A DNA stretch of 64,000 nucleotides from positions 767 through 64,766 of the forward strand of contig JBDROX010000044.1 of the NCBI GenBank assembly GCA_043809645.1. The letters run 5' to 3'. The translations under genes and the position numbers were made by a program. Below, one piece after another: positions 18,758-30,778 of the stretch. The notes under the pieces are model-generated. The model did no database searches, was not told the DNA's origin, and saw only the letters and a program-made list of their open reading frames with translations. The number at the start of each line of letters is the position of its first letter. Position 1 is the stretch's first letter. The stretch comes from Candidatus Magasanikiibacteriota bacterium. Lineage in GTDB: Bacteria; Patescibacteriota; Patescibacteriia; Magasanikbacterales; UBA922.

Positions 18758-19630
18758 TTATACTGCAATATCAAACTTTATTCTTGGATGACTCTCATAC
18801 CCAACGACTTTTGTACTTTCAGCTTCCCAATCAAATATGTTTGTAAAATGTTCTGTCTCAAGTTTGCACAGAGGATAGAGATTTGGATCTCGACTCAATT
18901 GTTCTTTTGCACCATCCAAATGATTGGAATAAATATGTACGTCACCAAGAAAGCCTACGAGTTTTCCTTCACCCAGCCCTGCTTCTTTGGCAAGAAGATG
19001 AAGGAGGAGGGCATAGCTGGCGATATTGAATGGAAGGCCGAGCATAGTGTCGACAGACCGTTGACTCCAGAGGAGGTTTAGTTTTCCATCCAAGACAGTC
19101 ACCTGAAAATTGTAATGACACGGAGGGAGTGCCATCTCGTGCATCATGGATGGGTTCCATGCAGAGACGATCATGCGTCTGTCACTCGGGTCAGTTTTCA
19201 GTTTTTCTACAATATACTTCAGCTGGTCAACTCCTTTGCCAGTATAGTCAGTGTCATAGCTCTCGTATGGTGCATTGAAGTGTCTCCACTGGAAGCCATA
19301 GATCGGCCCAAGGTCTTGCTCTTCCATCATCTTTTTTTTTGTCTCCTCGTCATGACCATATGGAACTTTGTTTGGACTGCACCATTCATCCCAGATATGG
19401 CAACCTCTTTCTTTCAGCCACTCTTTGTCTGTAATTCCTTTGATAAAAAATTCTAGCTCTGTTGCAATCATTTTAAATGGCATTTTCTTGGTTGTCAAAA
19501 GAGGGAAGCCAGTCTCCATATTGTGTTCGAACATCGCTCCGGCAACAGCAATAGTACCGGTTCCTGTTCGGTCGGTTTTTTTAATTCCATTGTCGAGGAT
19601 ATGTTGTACGATGTCGAGATACTGTTTCAT
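18758..19630 (-). CDS. thyA: Thymidylate synthase
   Basis: DRTGTGT, IWDEW, LGPIYGFQWR, ALPPCH, QRSVD, GLPFNIASY; start trimmed to MKQYL. Confidence 0.97.
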   Translation of the reverse strand: MKQYLDIVQHILDNGIKKTDRTGTGTIAVAGAMFEHNMETGFPLLTTKKMPFKMIATELEFFIKGITDKEWLKERGCHIWDEWCSPNKVPYGHDEETKKKMMEEQDLGPIYGFQWRHFNAPYESYDTDYTGKGVDQLKYIVEKLKTDPSDRRMIVSAWNPSMMHEMALPPCHYNFQVTVLDGKLNLLWSQRSVDTMLGLPFNIASYALLLHLLAKEAGLGEGKLVGFLGDVHIYSNHLDGAKEQLSRDPNLYPLCKLETEHFTNIFDWEAESTKVVGYESHPRIKFDIAV

Positions 19631-19847
19631 AGTGCTATGCTGCTTGAGATGTTTGAGATTCCTGGTGGGTGATCTCACCAGTTCTTCCTAGTTCCTGCTC
19701 TGCTTCTCGTCTTAGTTGCGCTGGGTCTATGGTATCAACTTTTTTCATGGTCTTGTCCATGCTTTTATTTTTTTTCATACGTTTTTCTTCTGGATGTATA
19801 TACCATCCTCCTTCAATTGAAATAGGTTTTGATTATAAACCAAGATT

Positions 19848-20270
19848 TTAAAATTTTCCCGTACTCCCGTAGTTTCCGTCTCCTCTCGAAGAGTCTGTGA
19901 GTTCATCGACTTCTTCGAGGTTGGGAATTACTACAGGGATAATGAGGAGTTGGGCAATTTTTTGTCCTTTTTTGATTTCAAATGATTCTGTGCCGAAGTT
20001 CACAAGTCCGACATTGTATTCACCGCGGTATCCCGCATCATAGACACCGCCAAAGGTGTGGACACCAGCACGTGAAACACTGCTCTTATCTTTCACTATT
20101 GCAGCAAACTCTGTTTCAAATTCCATTGCAAAACCAATAGGAAAGATTTTTCTTTCATTTGGCTGTAGAATATAATCTTCTAGGGAATACAAATCCATGC
20201 CAACGTCGCCTAGGTGAGCATAAGAAGGGAGTTTTGTGTTATTATGAAGTTTTTTGATTTTAATCTTCAT
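19848..20270 (-). CDS. dut: dUTP diphosphatase
   Basis: GMDLYS, KSS, GVYDAGYRGE, RGDGNYGSTG. Confidence 0.94.
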   Translation of the reverse strand: MKIKIKKLHNNTKLPSYAHLGDVGMDLYSLEDYILQPNERKIFPIGFAMEFETEFAAIVKDKSSVSRAGVHTFGGVYDAGYRGEYNVGLVNFGTESFEIKKGQKIAQLLIIPVVIPNLEEVDELTDSSRGDGNYGSTGKF

Positions 20271-20814
20271 ATTTTTTCACAAAAATATCTATTTGCGAAT
20301 AAAGATTTTTGAGTGAGCCATTGTTATCAAGTGTAACATCAGCCTCAGCAGCAATCTCCTTGATCTTCTGTTCAGCTTCTTGTGCACCATCTTCTTGAAA
20401 TTGTTCCCATGTTTTGTTTTTATCATCTGGATTTTCACTTCTTTTCGTGATTCTTTGGTATCTTGTCTCCGCATCAGTATTAATCGCGATCAGATGAAAG
20501 TTTGGGAGTTCGCGTAAATATGTGACATCCGTAGGTCTCCTCACGCCTTCGGTGATAATGAGTTCATGCTCAGCTTTTTTTACGTCTTCTGCAATTACCT
20601 TGGACATGATTTCTTCGCTGTATGTTTGTCTCAGGAACGTCGAAAGTGCTTGGAGATTTTCTCGAGATTTCTCTATATGCATTCGGTCGAGAACATCCCG
20701 GAGCATATCAGAAAAACGAAATGTCTCTGCATTATACTTCTCTTTGAAATAATCTGTGACAGTGGTTTTGCCAGCTGCTATTTCACCGACTATTCCGAGG
20801 ACAAGCTTTTTCAT
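20260..20814 (-). CDS. P-loop nucleotide kinase (dephospho-CoA/dNMP kinase-like)
   Basis: GIVGEIAAGKTT, EGVRR, ADVTLDN. Confidence 0.75.
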   Translation of the reverse strand: MKKLVLGIVGEIAAGKTTVTDYFKEKYNAETFRFSDMLRDVLDRMHIEKSRENLQALSTFLRQTYSEEIMSKVIAEDVKKAEHELIITEGVRRPTDVTYLRELPNFHLIAINTDAETRYQRITKRSENPDDKNKTWEQFQEDGAQEAEQKIKEIAAEADVTLDNNGSLKNLYSQIDIFVKKYED

Positions 20815-20815
20815 A

Positions 20816-21307
20816 CTATTGATCCTTATATTGTTCTATACGCTCGTCAAAGAACATGAGTGAAATACCCACACGTCGGAACATTTCTTCACTTTCTTCG
20901 CCTGCGTGATAACGCTTTTCGCAGATAACATGTCGGATACCAGAGTTAATGATAATCTTCGCACAGACTGCACATGGTGTCAACTTGCAGTAGAGTGTGG
21001 CTCCATTGATCTTTGCACCAACCTTGGCCGCTTGGAGGATGGCATTTTGCTCTGCATGTGCTGTGCGAACGCAGTGTTGCGTTTGCTTTCCGTCTTCATG
21101 AATCATTGTTTTCATCTGGTGTCCAACCTCGTCACAATGAGGGAGTCCAGCAGGAGAGCCAACATATCCGGTTACGAGGATTTGTTTATTTTTGACAATT
21201 ACGCAGCCAGAGCGCCCTCTATCACACGTTGCTCTTTTGCCAACCACTCGGACGATTTCCATGAAATACTCGTCCCAGGAAGGGCGTTTGTGTGGTATTG
21301 TTTCCAT
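20816..21307 (-). CDS. dCMP deaminase (ComEB-like)
   Basis: RPSWDEYFM, HAEQNA, TPCAVC. Confidence 0.92.
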   Translation of the reverse strand: METIPHKRPSWDEYFMEIVRVVGKRATCDRGRSGCVIVKNKQILVTGYVGSPAGLPHCDEVGHQMKTMIHEDGKQTQHCVRTAHAEQNAILQAAKVGAKINGATLYCKLTPCAVCAKIIINSGIRHVICEKRYHAGEESEEMFRRVGISLMFFDERIEQYKDQ

Positions 21308-21417
21308 AACTTTTGGATTAGGTGAGTAGTACTTTTAGAAGTGTAGCAAATTCGGTGGAGGGCGGCAAGGTAAATAAAAAACTCTCCAGATGGAGAGTTT
21401 TTTTATTAGATATTTTG

Positions 21418-22095
21418 CTATTCAACCTCCAGCTTCACACTCGGCCCCATAGAAGAGGTAATGTGAAGTGATCTGATAAATATTCCTTTGGAAGTCTGTG
21501 GTTTTGATTTTTTCAGAATATCCAGAAAGCTTTCAATATTTTCGATCAGTCGTCTGTCATCAAAACTTACTTTTCCAACCGTGACATGGATATTTCCTCC
21601 ATCATCATTCTTGAAAGAAGATTTTCCTTTTTTCAGTTCTCCAATCATCTTGGCGACATCCGGGCCAACGGTGTCTGTCTTTGGGTTTGGCATAAGGCCT
21701 TTTGGCCCTAGGACCTTGGCTGCAACTGCAAGCTTTGGCATCATCTCTGGAGTTGCGACAGCGATCTCGAAGTCGACTTTTCCAGTATCTTTGATTTTCT
21801 TAATTTCCTGTTCACCGAGTACGAGATCTGCGCCAGCATCCTTTGCAGCTTTTTCATCGTTTGTTCCTACGAATGCTGCAATTATCTTTGTCTTGCCTGT
21901 GCCGTGTGGCATGGTGATGGTTGAACGAATCTGTTGGTCGCCCTTCTTTGGGTCGATTCCAAGTTTTGCGTGGATTTCGACAGAAGCGTCGAACCTCACA
22001 TTGCTGGTTTCGCGGATCAGCGGTACTGCCTCAGCGAGACTGTAGACCTTGTCTTTGCTGACCTTGGTTTGGAGGTTTTTCATTCTTTTTGACAT
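21418..22095 (-). CDS. rplA: 50S ribosomal protein L1
   Basis: FDASVEIH, PHGTGK, LGPKGLMPNPK, SSMGP; start trimmed to MSKRMK. Confidence 0.96.
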   Translation of the reverse strand: MSKRMKNLQTKVSKDKVYSLAEAVPLIRETSNVRFDASVEIHAKLGIDPKKGDQQIRSTITMPHGTGKTKIIAAFVGTNDEKAAKDAGADLVLGEQEIKKIKDTGKVDFEIAVATPEMMPKLAVAAKVLGPKGLMPNPKTDTVGPDVAKMIGELKKGKSSFKNDDGGNIHVTVGKVSFDDRRLIENIESFLDILKKSKPQTSKGIFIRSLHITSSMGPSVKLEVE

Positions 22096-22689
22096 ATGTA
22101 GAATGTTAGTGGTATTAGCCTCTGAGTGATCAGAGTCCCACCTGAATAGTGCACTAGTTATACATGAATTCTTGTTTTTTGTCAAGAATAAAACAAAGTA
22201 GCTATTCTGGCTCAGCGAGCCGTAGCCACCACCGCCGAGATAGGTGACCATGATGAGCGTGTTCAGGAGTGCCTTGGCGAAACACTCCTGGCAAGTGTAA
22301 TTGTTGTTGAAGATTGGAAGGGCGATCGTGATGGTCGCTATAAGTCTTCTCACTAAAAAAGATCGTATCTTTGTCCAATGGTGCCGAATTGGCAGAAGGG
22401 GGTGGACGGGTTCCCAACTTCATGAAGCAACTCATAGGCATGGTGCTCGAGAAGGCGGAGGGTGTGTCTGGGTGAAATCGAAGAGTTCTTTTGTTCTCAA
22501 AGGGATCCTTCGACTTCGCCCAATATGACGTTTTTCAGGTCAAATGAACAGACAGATATAGCACAAAAAAAGGGGGTTTGCCAACCATTCTTCCTCTACG
22601 TCTACCTTGGTGAAATACAAAAAAATAGCTTAATTAAGCTATTTTTTGTGATTTATGAATTTGGCTTTGTTGAACGAAATTTGTGTGTG

Positions 22690-23541
22690 TTAATTCTTCC
22701 AGATCTGGGTACAGGCAGATCTGTAGTCCTTGTTAAAGTAATTTGGACAAGAATTGTCTAGGTTGTTATGTGGAAAGCAGATGACTGCCCCAGAATCATT
22801 GTAGAGGGTGCTAAAACAGTTCGGACAGCCTTCTTCTTGATAGTAATGTATTTTTTCTCCGAATGCACATTTCTCTATACTTGTATTCTCTGTCTGAGAG
22901 AGAAGGTTCGCAAGTGTATTCAGCCAGAGTGTGTTGGCAGTCGTTACTGTTCCTGCAGCAGATCCAGCTCCAGAACTTCTTGGTTCACCAGAACTGATAG
23001 TAGTAGGAAATCCTTCTTTCACGATTGGCGCCTGTGTTCCTACTGCTAGGAGTTGTTCTGTTTCTTCTGGAGAGCATGCTCCATCATGGATGATTTCAAT
23101 TTTTTGAATATTTGCGATACAGACATTGATGTATGTGTGTCCATCTGCACCGCAGACTGGGTGCTCGCTAGGGCCACATGTTCTGAGGTTCTCAAGTTCT
23201 TCTGTCCCAGTTGAGAAAGAGATGGTTGTTGAGACATTACATCTGCCAGTGTAGAAGTCGAGGATATGGCAACCACTGGTTTCAGAGAACGCACAGTATA
23301 TGTCATTAGACTTTTTTATTTCATCAAATCGAAAGACAATGGTATACCCTTGGGCTTCACAGAGGTCTAGTGCTTCGTCGACTGGGTCTGTGCTGGGAGG
23401 TTTTCTGATGATAACCTCCTGGGTTGTGGTTGTGACTGGTGGTACTGTTTCCACTGCAGACGGAGTTCTTCCACTACTACATCCTACACCAAGGAGGAGC
23501 AGGAGATTCATAATACCAATTGAGAGAATTATTTTCTTCAT
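22690..23541 (-). CDS. Cys-rich lipoprotein with a Kazal-type domain
   Basis: Lipobox LGVGC; CGPSEHPVCGADGHTYINVC...HDGAC Kazal pattern; start trimmed to MKKII. Confidence 0.8.
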   Translation of the reverse strand: MKKIILSIGIMNLLLLLGVGCSSGRTPSAVETVPPVTTTTQEVIIRKPPSTDPVDEALDLCEAQGYTIVFRFDEIKKSNDIYCAFSETSGCHILDFYTGRCNVSTTISFSTGTEELENLRTCGPSEHPVCGADGHTYINVCIANIQKIEIIHDGACSPEETEQLLAVGTQAPIVKEGFPTTISSGEPRSSGAGSAAGTVTTANTLWLNTLANLLSQTENTSIEKCAFGEKIHYYQEEGCPNCFSTLYNDSGAVICFPHNNLDNSCPNYFNKDYRSACTQIWKN

Positions 23542-24473
23542 AGCTGTTTCAGATATGACTTGATGGTCAGGGCGGATTTCATGAGACTTTTCTTTTCTGC
23601 ACTCGAGAGTGTGAGTGGCCAGACTCTCTCCACTCCGTTTCTTCCTACTACACAAGGAGCTCCGAGACAAACACCAGAAACACCGTTCCATCTGGCAAGT
23701 CTCGATGTGACGGGAATAATTTTCTTTTGATTCAGAAGAACGGCCTCAATGATGTCAGAGAGTGTTGCTGCTATACCAAAGAAAGTCGCTCCTTTTTTAT
23801 TTATTATTTCGTAGGCTTCTTTTTTTACATTGGTTTCGATTCTTTTTCTGCTCGCTGCTGACAATCCTTTTATTTTCTTTGCAGGAACACCACCAACCAT
23901 CATGCAATCCCATGAGACAAACTCACTGTCGCCGTGCTCTCCAAGCACAAATCCATGTACACTTTGCGGACTAATATCAAGATGACCAGCGACCTGAACT
24001 TGAAGCCTGGCTGAGTCGAGAGATGTGCCACTTCCAAAGACTTGGGAGTGGGGGAGTCCAGTAATTTCTTGTATTAGGTATGTGAGCACATCAACGGGAT
24101 TTGAAATAACAATAATAATTGCGTCTTTTCTGAGTTTTCCTATTGATTTGAAAATTGAGGAGAGAATTTTTTTATTGATTGCTAGAAGATCAAGCCTAGA
24201 CTGTCCTTTCTTTTGCTTTGTGCCGGCGGTGATAACAATGATGTCTGCGTCACGGGCATCCTTGAAATTTTTGCCTTTCACACATCCGGTCTCAACAAAA
24301 CAAAGACTGTCTGAGATATCCATGACCTCACCAGCTTCTTTGTCTTCATCGATATCGATGAGAAGAATTTCTGCTGCTAGGCCTTTGAGTGTAGCGGTGT
24401 AGGCTGCTGCCGCCCCGACATTGCCTGCGCCAATAATAGCGATTTTTGAAGAGTTATTTTTTCTCATATTCAT
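23538..24473 (-). CDS. ldh: L-lactate dehydrogenase
   Basis: IIGAGNVG, ITAG..QKKGQSRLDL, SNPVD, GSGTSLDSAR, GEHGDS. Confidence 0.92.
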   Translation of the reverse strand: MNMRKNNSSKIAIIGAGNVGAAAAYTATLKGLAAEILLIDIDEDKEAGEVMDISDSLCFVETGCVKGKNFKDARDADIIVITAGTKQKKGQSRLDLLAINKKILSSIFKSIGKLRKDAIIIVISNPVDVLTYLIQEITGLPHSQVFGSGTSLDSARLQVQVAGHLDISPQSVHGFVLGEHGDSEFVSWDCMMVGGVPAKKIKGLSAASRKRIETNVKKEAYEIINKKGATFFGIAATLSDIIEAVLLNQKKIIPVTSRLARWNGVSGVCLGAPCVVGRNGVERVWPLTLSSAEKKSLMKSALTIKSYLKQL

Positions 24474-24485
24474 TCGAAAAAAGAA

Positions 24486-24872
24486 TTATGAATTACGAAT
24501 CATTGATTTTGATTTTTTGATGAAACCATTCAAGAGTTTGCTTACTGTTATGGTTTGTTTTGCAATATCTCGAAATATCTTATTATTGATATATCCCGTG
24601 TTTCTTGCAATGATAAGTTGGTTTTGTATTTATATTAGCGAACCGAGTGATATTGAATAGAACTTAGTTTTATCTCTGTATGTGTGTCTACTAAATACTG
24701 CCGCAATGTTTGAAGTAATTGAAATTGTTGCTCTTCTCATATGACTTGTGAGACCAGATAATTCATCGCTTGGGAATGTTTTTACCTGTCTGTATATTGT
24801 AAGGACGAGCTTGTGTCACTCTTTCCAAGCATTCAAATCAACAAATGACTTGATAGTTCCTCCTTGATTCAT
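24486..24872 (-). pseudogene. Four-helix-bundle (23S IVS/Avd-like) protein with two in-frame stops
   Basis: MNQGGTIKSFVDLNAWKE*HKL..FPSDELSGLTSHMRRATISITSNIA..SLGSLI*IQNQL. Confidence 0.8.
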
Positions 24873-24945
24873 ATTTCATAACTCGTATCTCATAGGTCAA
24901 GTATAACAAAACCCGCTTTGGAAAGCGAGTTTGTCTTGTTTATCT

Positions 24946-25371
24946 TTAACCCTCAATTGTGATACCCATCTGTCTAGCTGTCCCTTCAATAGTTTTCATG
25001 GCGGCATCAATATCATTTGCATTCAGGTCTGGCATTTTTTTTTCTGCGATTTCCCTGACCTGTCCCTTTGTGATTTTCCCAGCTTTTTCTTTGAGTGGGT
25101 TTCCAGATCCTTTCTTCAGGCCTGCTGCCTTCAGGATCATAGAGCTTGCTGGAGCTACCTTTGTAATGAAGTCGAATGTTCGGTCTTCATACACATTGAT
25201 AACTACTGGGACGATCTCCCCTTTTTTGTCAGACGTAGCATTGTTGAATTGAGTGCAGAAGTCCTGGATATTCAGGCCATGCTGACCAAGTGCTGGGCCG
25301 ACTGGTGGGGCTGGGTTTGCAACGCCCCCTGGAATCTGGAGTTTGATTTGGGTCAATAATTTTTTTGGCAT
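24946..25371 (-). CDS. rplK: 50S ribosomal protein L11
   Basis: [22 protein letters not shown]. Confidence 0.97.
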   Translation of the reverse strand: MPKKLLTQIKLQIPGGVANPAPPVGPALGQHGLNIQDFCTQFNNATSDKKGEIVPVVINVYEDRTFDFITKVAPASSMILKAAGLKKGSGNPLKEKAGKITKGQVREIAEKKMPDLNANDIDAAMKTIEGTARQMGITIEG

Positions 25372-25458
25372 AAGGTTGGTCAATGGTCAATGGACAATTG
25401 TCATCTGAAATAAATAGTGTCTATAGAGTGAGAAGCTGCTTTCGCACACCCTATTTCA

Positions 25459-25815
25459 TTATTTATTTAAGTATTTTATTAATGAATATATTTTTTTTGC
25501 AATTATTTCACTTTTGTTATATATGAAATTAAATCTATCTTTACTTATATATCCTTGATCAAGTGCGACATAACATGCAGCAATGACTTCATGCAATGAT
25601 GTTAACGACATTCTTAAGAACCTCGTAAAGTCTTTATCAGAATTTCTGTCACAACCTTCAGAAATGTTTAGGAGAATGGAGAGCGCTGCTCGGCGCAGTT
25701 GACTGGTAAGACTGAATTTTTCATCCGCAGGAAATTCTTTTGTAATTGTATATACTACATTCACAAAATTTCTTGCCAATTTCCATACTTCAAGGTTTTC
25801 AAATCTATAGACCAT
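25459..25815 (-). CDS. Four-helix-bundle (23S IVS/Avd-like) protein
   Basis: FENLEVW, FPADEKFSLTSQLRRAALSILLNISEG. Confidence 0.9.
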   Translation of the reverse strand: MVYRFENLEVWKLARNFVNVVYTITKEFPADEKFSLTSQLRRAALSILLNISEGCDRNSDKDFTRFLRMSLTSLHEVIAACYVALDQGYISKDRFNFIYNKSEIIAKKIYSLIKYLNK

Positions 25816-25836
25816 AGTCTATTGCCCATTGTCTCA

Positions 25837-26382
25837 CTAGATCTTCTTCACTTGGAGTGCATCGAGCTCGACAGGGGTTTCTCTACCAAACATAGATACA
25901 AGTACTTTTACTTTTCCACGTGTTTCGTCAACATCAGAAACTTTTCCTTCGAAATTCTTGAACGGTCCATCAATAATTCGAACTGGGTCATCGATTTGTG
26001 TATCAATCTTATGCGTTGGATCTTCGACCCCCATTCTCTTCTGGAGAGAATCAACTTCTTTCTGATCAATTGGCGTTGGGGTGGTTCCTGACCCTACGAA
26101 GCCAGTCACATTCGGTGTGTTTCTGACAACATACCATGAGTCATCTGTTACAATCATCTCGACGAGGACGTATCCTGGAAAGATTTTTTCTTCAACCACG
26201 GTTCGTTTCCCGCCTTTGATTTTAATTTTCTTTTCTTTTGGGACAAGGACTTGGACAATCTTGTCCTGCATATCAAAAGAGTCGATACGCTGTTCGAGAT
26301 TTCTTTTTACATTTTCCTCGTATCCACTGTATGTATGGAGGACATACCAGCGTTTTCCGAGTTGGAGGGTTTGTTTTGCCAT
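25837..26382 (-). CDS. nusG: Transcription antitermination factor NusG
   Basis: WYVLHTYSGYE, FPGYVLVEM, KOW motif, FGRETPVEL. Confidence 0.97.
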   Translation of the reverse strand: MAKQTLQLGKRWYVLHTYSGYEENVKRNLEQRIDSFDMQDKIVQVLVPKEKKIKIKGGKRTVVEEKIFPGYVLVEMIVTDDSWYVVRNTPNVTGFVGSGTTPTPIDQKEVDSLQKRMGVEDPTHKIDTQIDDPVRIIDGPFKNFEGKVSDVDETRGKVKVLVSMFGRETPVELDALQVKKI

Positions 26383-26391
26383 ATGGTTGGC

Positions 26392-26589
26392 CTACTTAAT
26401 GATGGCTTCGAGACCAAGATTGAAGATATAGTCGAGGACCCCGAAGAAGAGTGCAACACCGAGGGTGAGTGCAATTACGACAATAGAAAATGTCGTTGTT
26501 TGTTTCTTTGTAGGCCATACGACTTTTCGCATTTCTGCGTAGGCCTCCTTGATATATGTAATAAGTGCCTTAATTGGATTCTTTTTCAT
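26392..26589 (-). CDS. secE: Preprotein translocase SecE
   Basis: EMRKVVWPT, one TM helix, upstream of nusG. Confidence 0.92.
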   Translation of the reverse strand: MKKNPIKALITYIKEAYAEMRKVVWPTKKQTTTFSIVVIALTLGVALFFGVLDYIFNLGLEAIIK

Positions 26590-26745
26590 ATTATCTCGTG
26601 TTCTTGTTTTCAAGTATTTAAAAACGGCCCTGAGCCGAATGTGTCTATACTATAGATGAATTTATTTTTTTTGTCAAGTGGTGAGTGTGTGATCCAAGTG
26701 CAGGCGGAAGAACCTGCACTTGGATGCGTTGTGACCTTGGTCTGC

Positions 26746-27705
26746 CTAGTCCATCCCAAGCTGGGACGGATCGGCGAGGATCTCGGCCATGGTCGTGGTG
26801 GTTGTGCTGAACGGGAGAACACTCAGGACTTCGGGGGAGACCGTATGAACGGCATCTACCAGCAATCCAAGTACTCCAATGACGTGCACGAGGGCGCTGC
26901 TCTCGACGTGCCAGACCATCTCATTCCCATCGAGCTTCACCAGCATGCCATCGTGCGGTACTGCCTCGGTGATGTCAGGAGCCTGGTTCACGTAGTTCGG
27001 CCAGAAGAAGTCGTAGACATCTTTGACCTCGTATTTCCAGTTCTCTCCGTAGAGCTGTGCGGCGACGTCTTCATTCGTGATCTTCGCCAGTGTGTTACCT
27101 GGGAGAACTGCGAAAACATTTGTCATTCCAACAACCTTCACTAGATAAGCCCCGGGTCGGAAGTTGATGCCAAAGGGTGCTTCATCCGGACTTGGATAGT
27201 TGTCGAAACAAGTCCAGTGGATTTTGATGATCCCACTGAAGTCCTGGTACCATGACAAGTGCACGTTCTGGTGAGGGAAGTACATTCGTTCACCAAACTT
27301 GTTGATGGTGAAGACCGACGTCTGAGTCGGAAATTTGTACAGGTCACCTGGCTCGAGCACAGGGCATGACTCTTGTGCCACGTCGAGCTCGGTCGAGTCC
27401 GTGGTGTCGACCTCAGTCACGTCCGGAGACGGGCAGTTGATGTTGTTCGTGACCTCATAGCAACCGCTAGAGGCCTTGTCAAGAATTTTGCATGTGGTTG
27501 ATTCTTGACAAGGCTCCTGTTTTTTGCTATACATAACACAAATAAAAGTCACACCAGGGTGTGTACAGGAGGAATATATGAAGGCATTCACCGGCGAGTC
27601 TGTTCGGCTGCTCGCCGAAGGCAGGATCGTGAGTGTACGGTTTGCTCTGCCGGATGGTAGGAGGGCTGCCAACGGGACCATACTTCCCGGTAGGTATGAG
27701 TTCAC
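26746..27705 (-). CDS. Hypothetical protein with CPR-type repeated beta domains (start uncertain)
   Basis: PGDLYK..SVFTI..RMYFP..SWYQDF and FRPGAYLVKV units; visibly higher GC than flanks. Confidence 0.6.
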   Translation of the reverse strand: MNSYLPGSMVPLAALLPSGRANRTLTILPSASSRTDSPVNAFIYSSCTHPGVTFICVMYSKKQEPCQESTTCKILDKASSGCYEVTNNINCPSPDVTEVDTTDSTELDVAQESCPVLEPGDLYKFPTQTSVFTINKFGERMYFPHQNVHLSWYQDFSGIIKIHWTCFDNYPSPDEAPFGINFRPGAYLVKVVGMTNVFAVLPGNTLAKITNEDVAAQLYGENWKYEVKDVYDFFWPNYVNQAPDITEAVPHDGMLVKLDGNEMVWHVESSALVHVIGVLGLLVDAVHTVSPEVLSVLPFSTTTTTMAEILADPSQLGMD

Positions 27706-27865
27706 TGCCGAGAAGGAGGGGGAGATCCGTGTGACTCGTGGAGTGCTCTACATTAACGATGATCGCGTCGATCCCACGACGTCTCCATTCCGTGCCCATG
27801 CCGGGCAGACGCTCGTTATCCAGTGCCTGCTCGAAGTCGCCACCTGTCTCTGCTACTTCGGGTAG
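27578..27865 (+). CDS. Hypothetical protein
   Basis: GGAGG RBS before ATG; GC-rich ORF; conflicts with the 5' extension of the opposite ORF. Confidence 0.45.
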   Translation: MKAFTGESVRLLAEGRIVSVRFALPDGRRAANGTILPGRYEFTAEKEGEIRVTRGVLYINDDRVDPTTSPFRAHAGQTLVIQCLLEVATCLCYFG

Positions 27866-27999
27866 GTGGTAGAGGCTAGCACAACACCCATCGTACCACC
27901 CCGATATGGTTCGGGTGATTGTCAAAAAAATAAACAGGGAGGAATCGGGGACAATCAAAAACACTCGTTATACGACGAGTGTTTTTTGTTTTGATCTCT

Positions 28000-28545
28000 C
28001 TATTTTTTTCTCAGTGTAATTTTTTCCGGAATGTAATGATCTATGGTCGAATCATCAATGAGTGTCCAGACAAGAGATTTCCTGTCTTCACTCAATGTTA
28101 TAAAAGCAACGACTTCTGCATCATGATAGCAGCTCTTCATATTCAGCCTAGCTGTTTTCACTTTCTCACCTTCTGGTCCCTCATCTGTGATGAATCCATC
28201 AATTGATGGGCCGTTGAGGTCACCCTCGAGGCAGCAGTCGATCCTATTGGCATTTTCTGTGAGTCCACAATGGTATCCTGTGAGAACACCGTCTCCCTCA
28301 TAGAGCTCGGCAGTGAAGCTAATGCCACCTGCTTCACCAGACCACATCCCTTCGAATGGTCTGTAGGGGAGGATCTCAACCAGTGTTTTGATAGTGTCAG
28401 ATTCTGTAATTGTTATATTTATCTCTTCTGCCTGATGTACTGGTTCAGGCGCTATAGTATTACTGTCTTTCTTTTTACCAAATATACAGCCAGACAGTGT
28501 GAGGAGAGAGAAAACGAGGAGGAGCGATGTGATGGTAGTTCTCAT
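28000..28545 (-). CDS. Hypothetical lipoprotein
   Basis: Lipobox LSGC. Confidence 0.7.
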   Translation of the reverse strand: MRTTITSLLLVFSLLTLSGCIFGKKKDSNTIAPEPVHQAEEINITITESDTIKTLVEILPYRPFEGMWSGEAGGISFTAELYEGDGVLTGYHCGLTENANRIDCCLEGDLNGPSIDGFITDEGPEGEKVKTARLNMKSCYHDAEVVAFITLSEDRKSLVWTLIDDSTIDHYIPEKITLRKK

Positions 28546-28548
28546 ACG

Positions 28549-30630
<2,082 letters not shown>

Positions 30631-30778
30631 ACGTTCTATATGTATTCAAATAGTTTTTTTGAAAATTCGTCTCAATTATATCATGGTGGCCTGCACAAAA
30701 CAAGGGGTTTTTCTTGGTCAGAAATTAAAAAATTTGGTATACTCTTCTTACTTATTCTTTCTACGTAAAACTGAAAGT

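Noticed and set aside
22096-22353. Long N-terminal extension of RplA
   Set aside because: An open frame upstream of the conserved start, with no support as coding; similar extensions were trimmed for thyA, prfA, rodA and ORF 30329.
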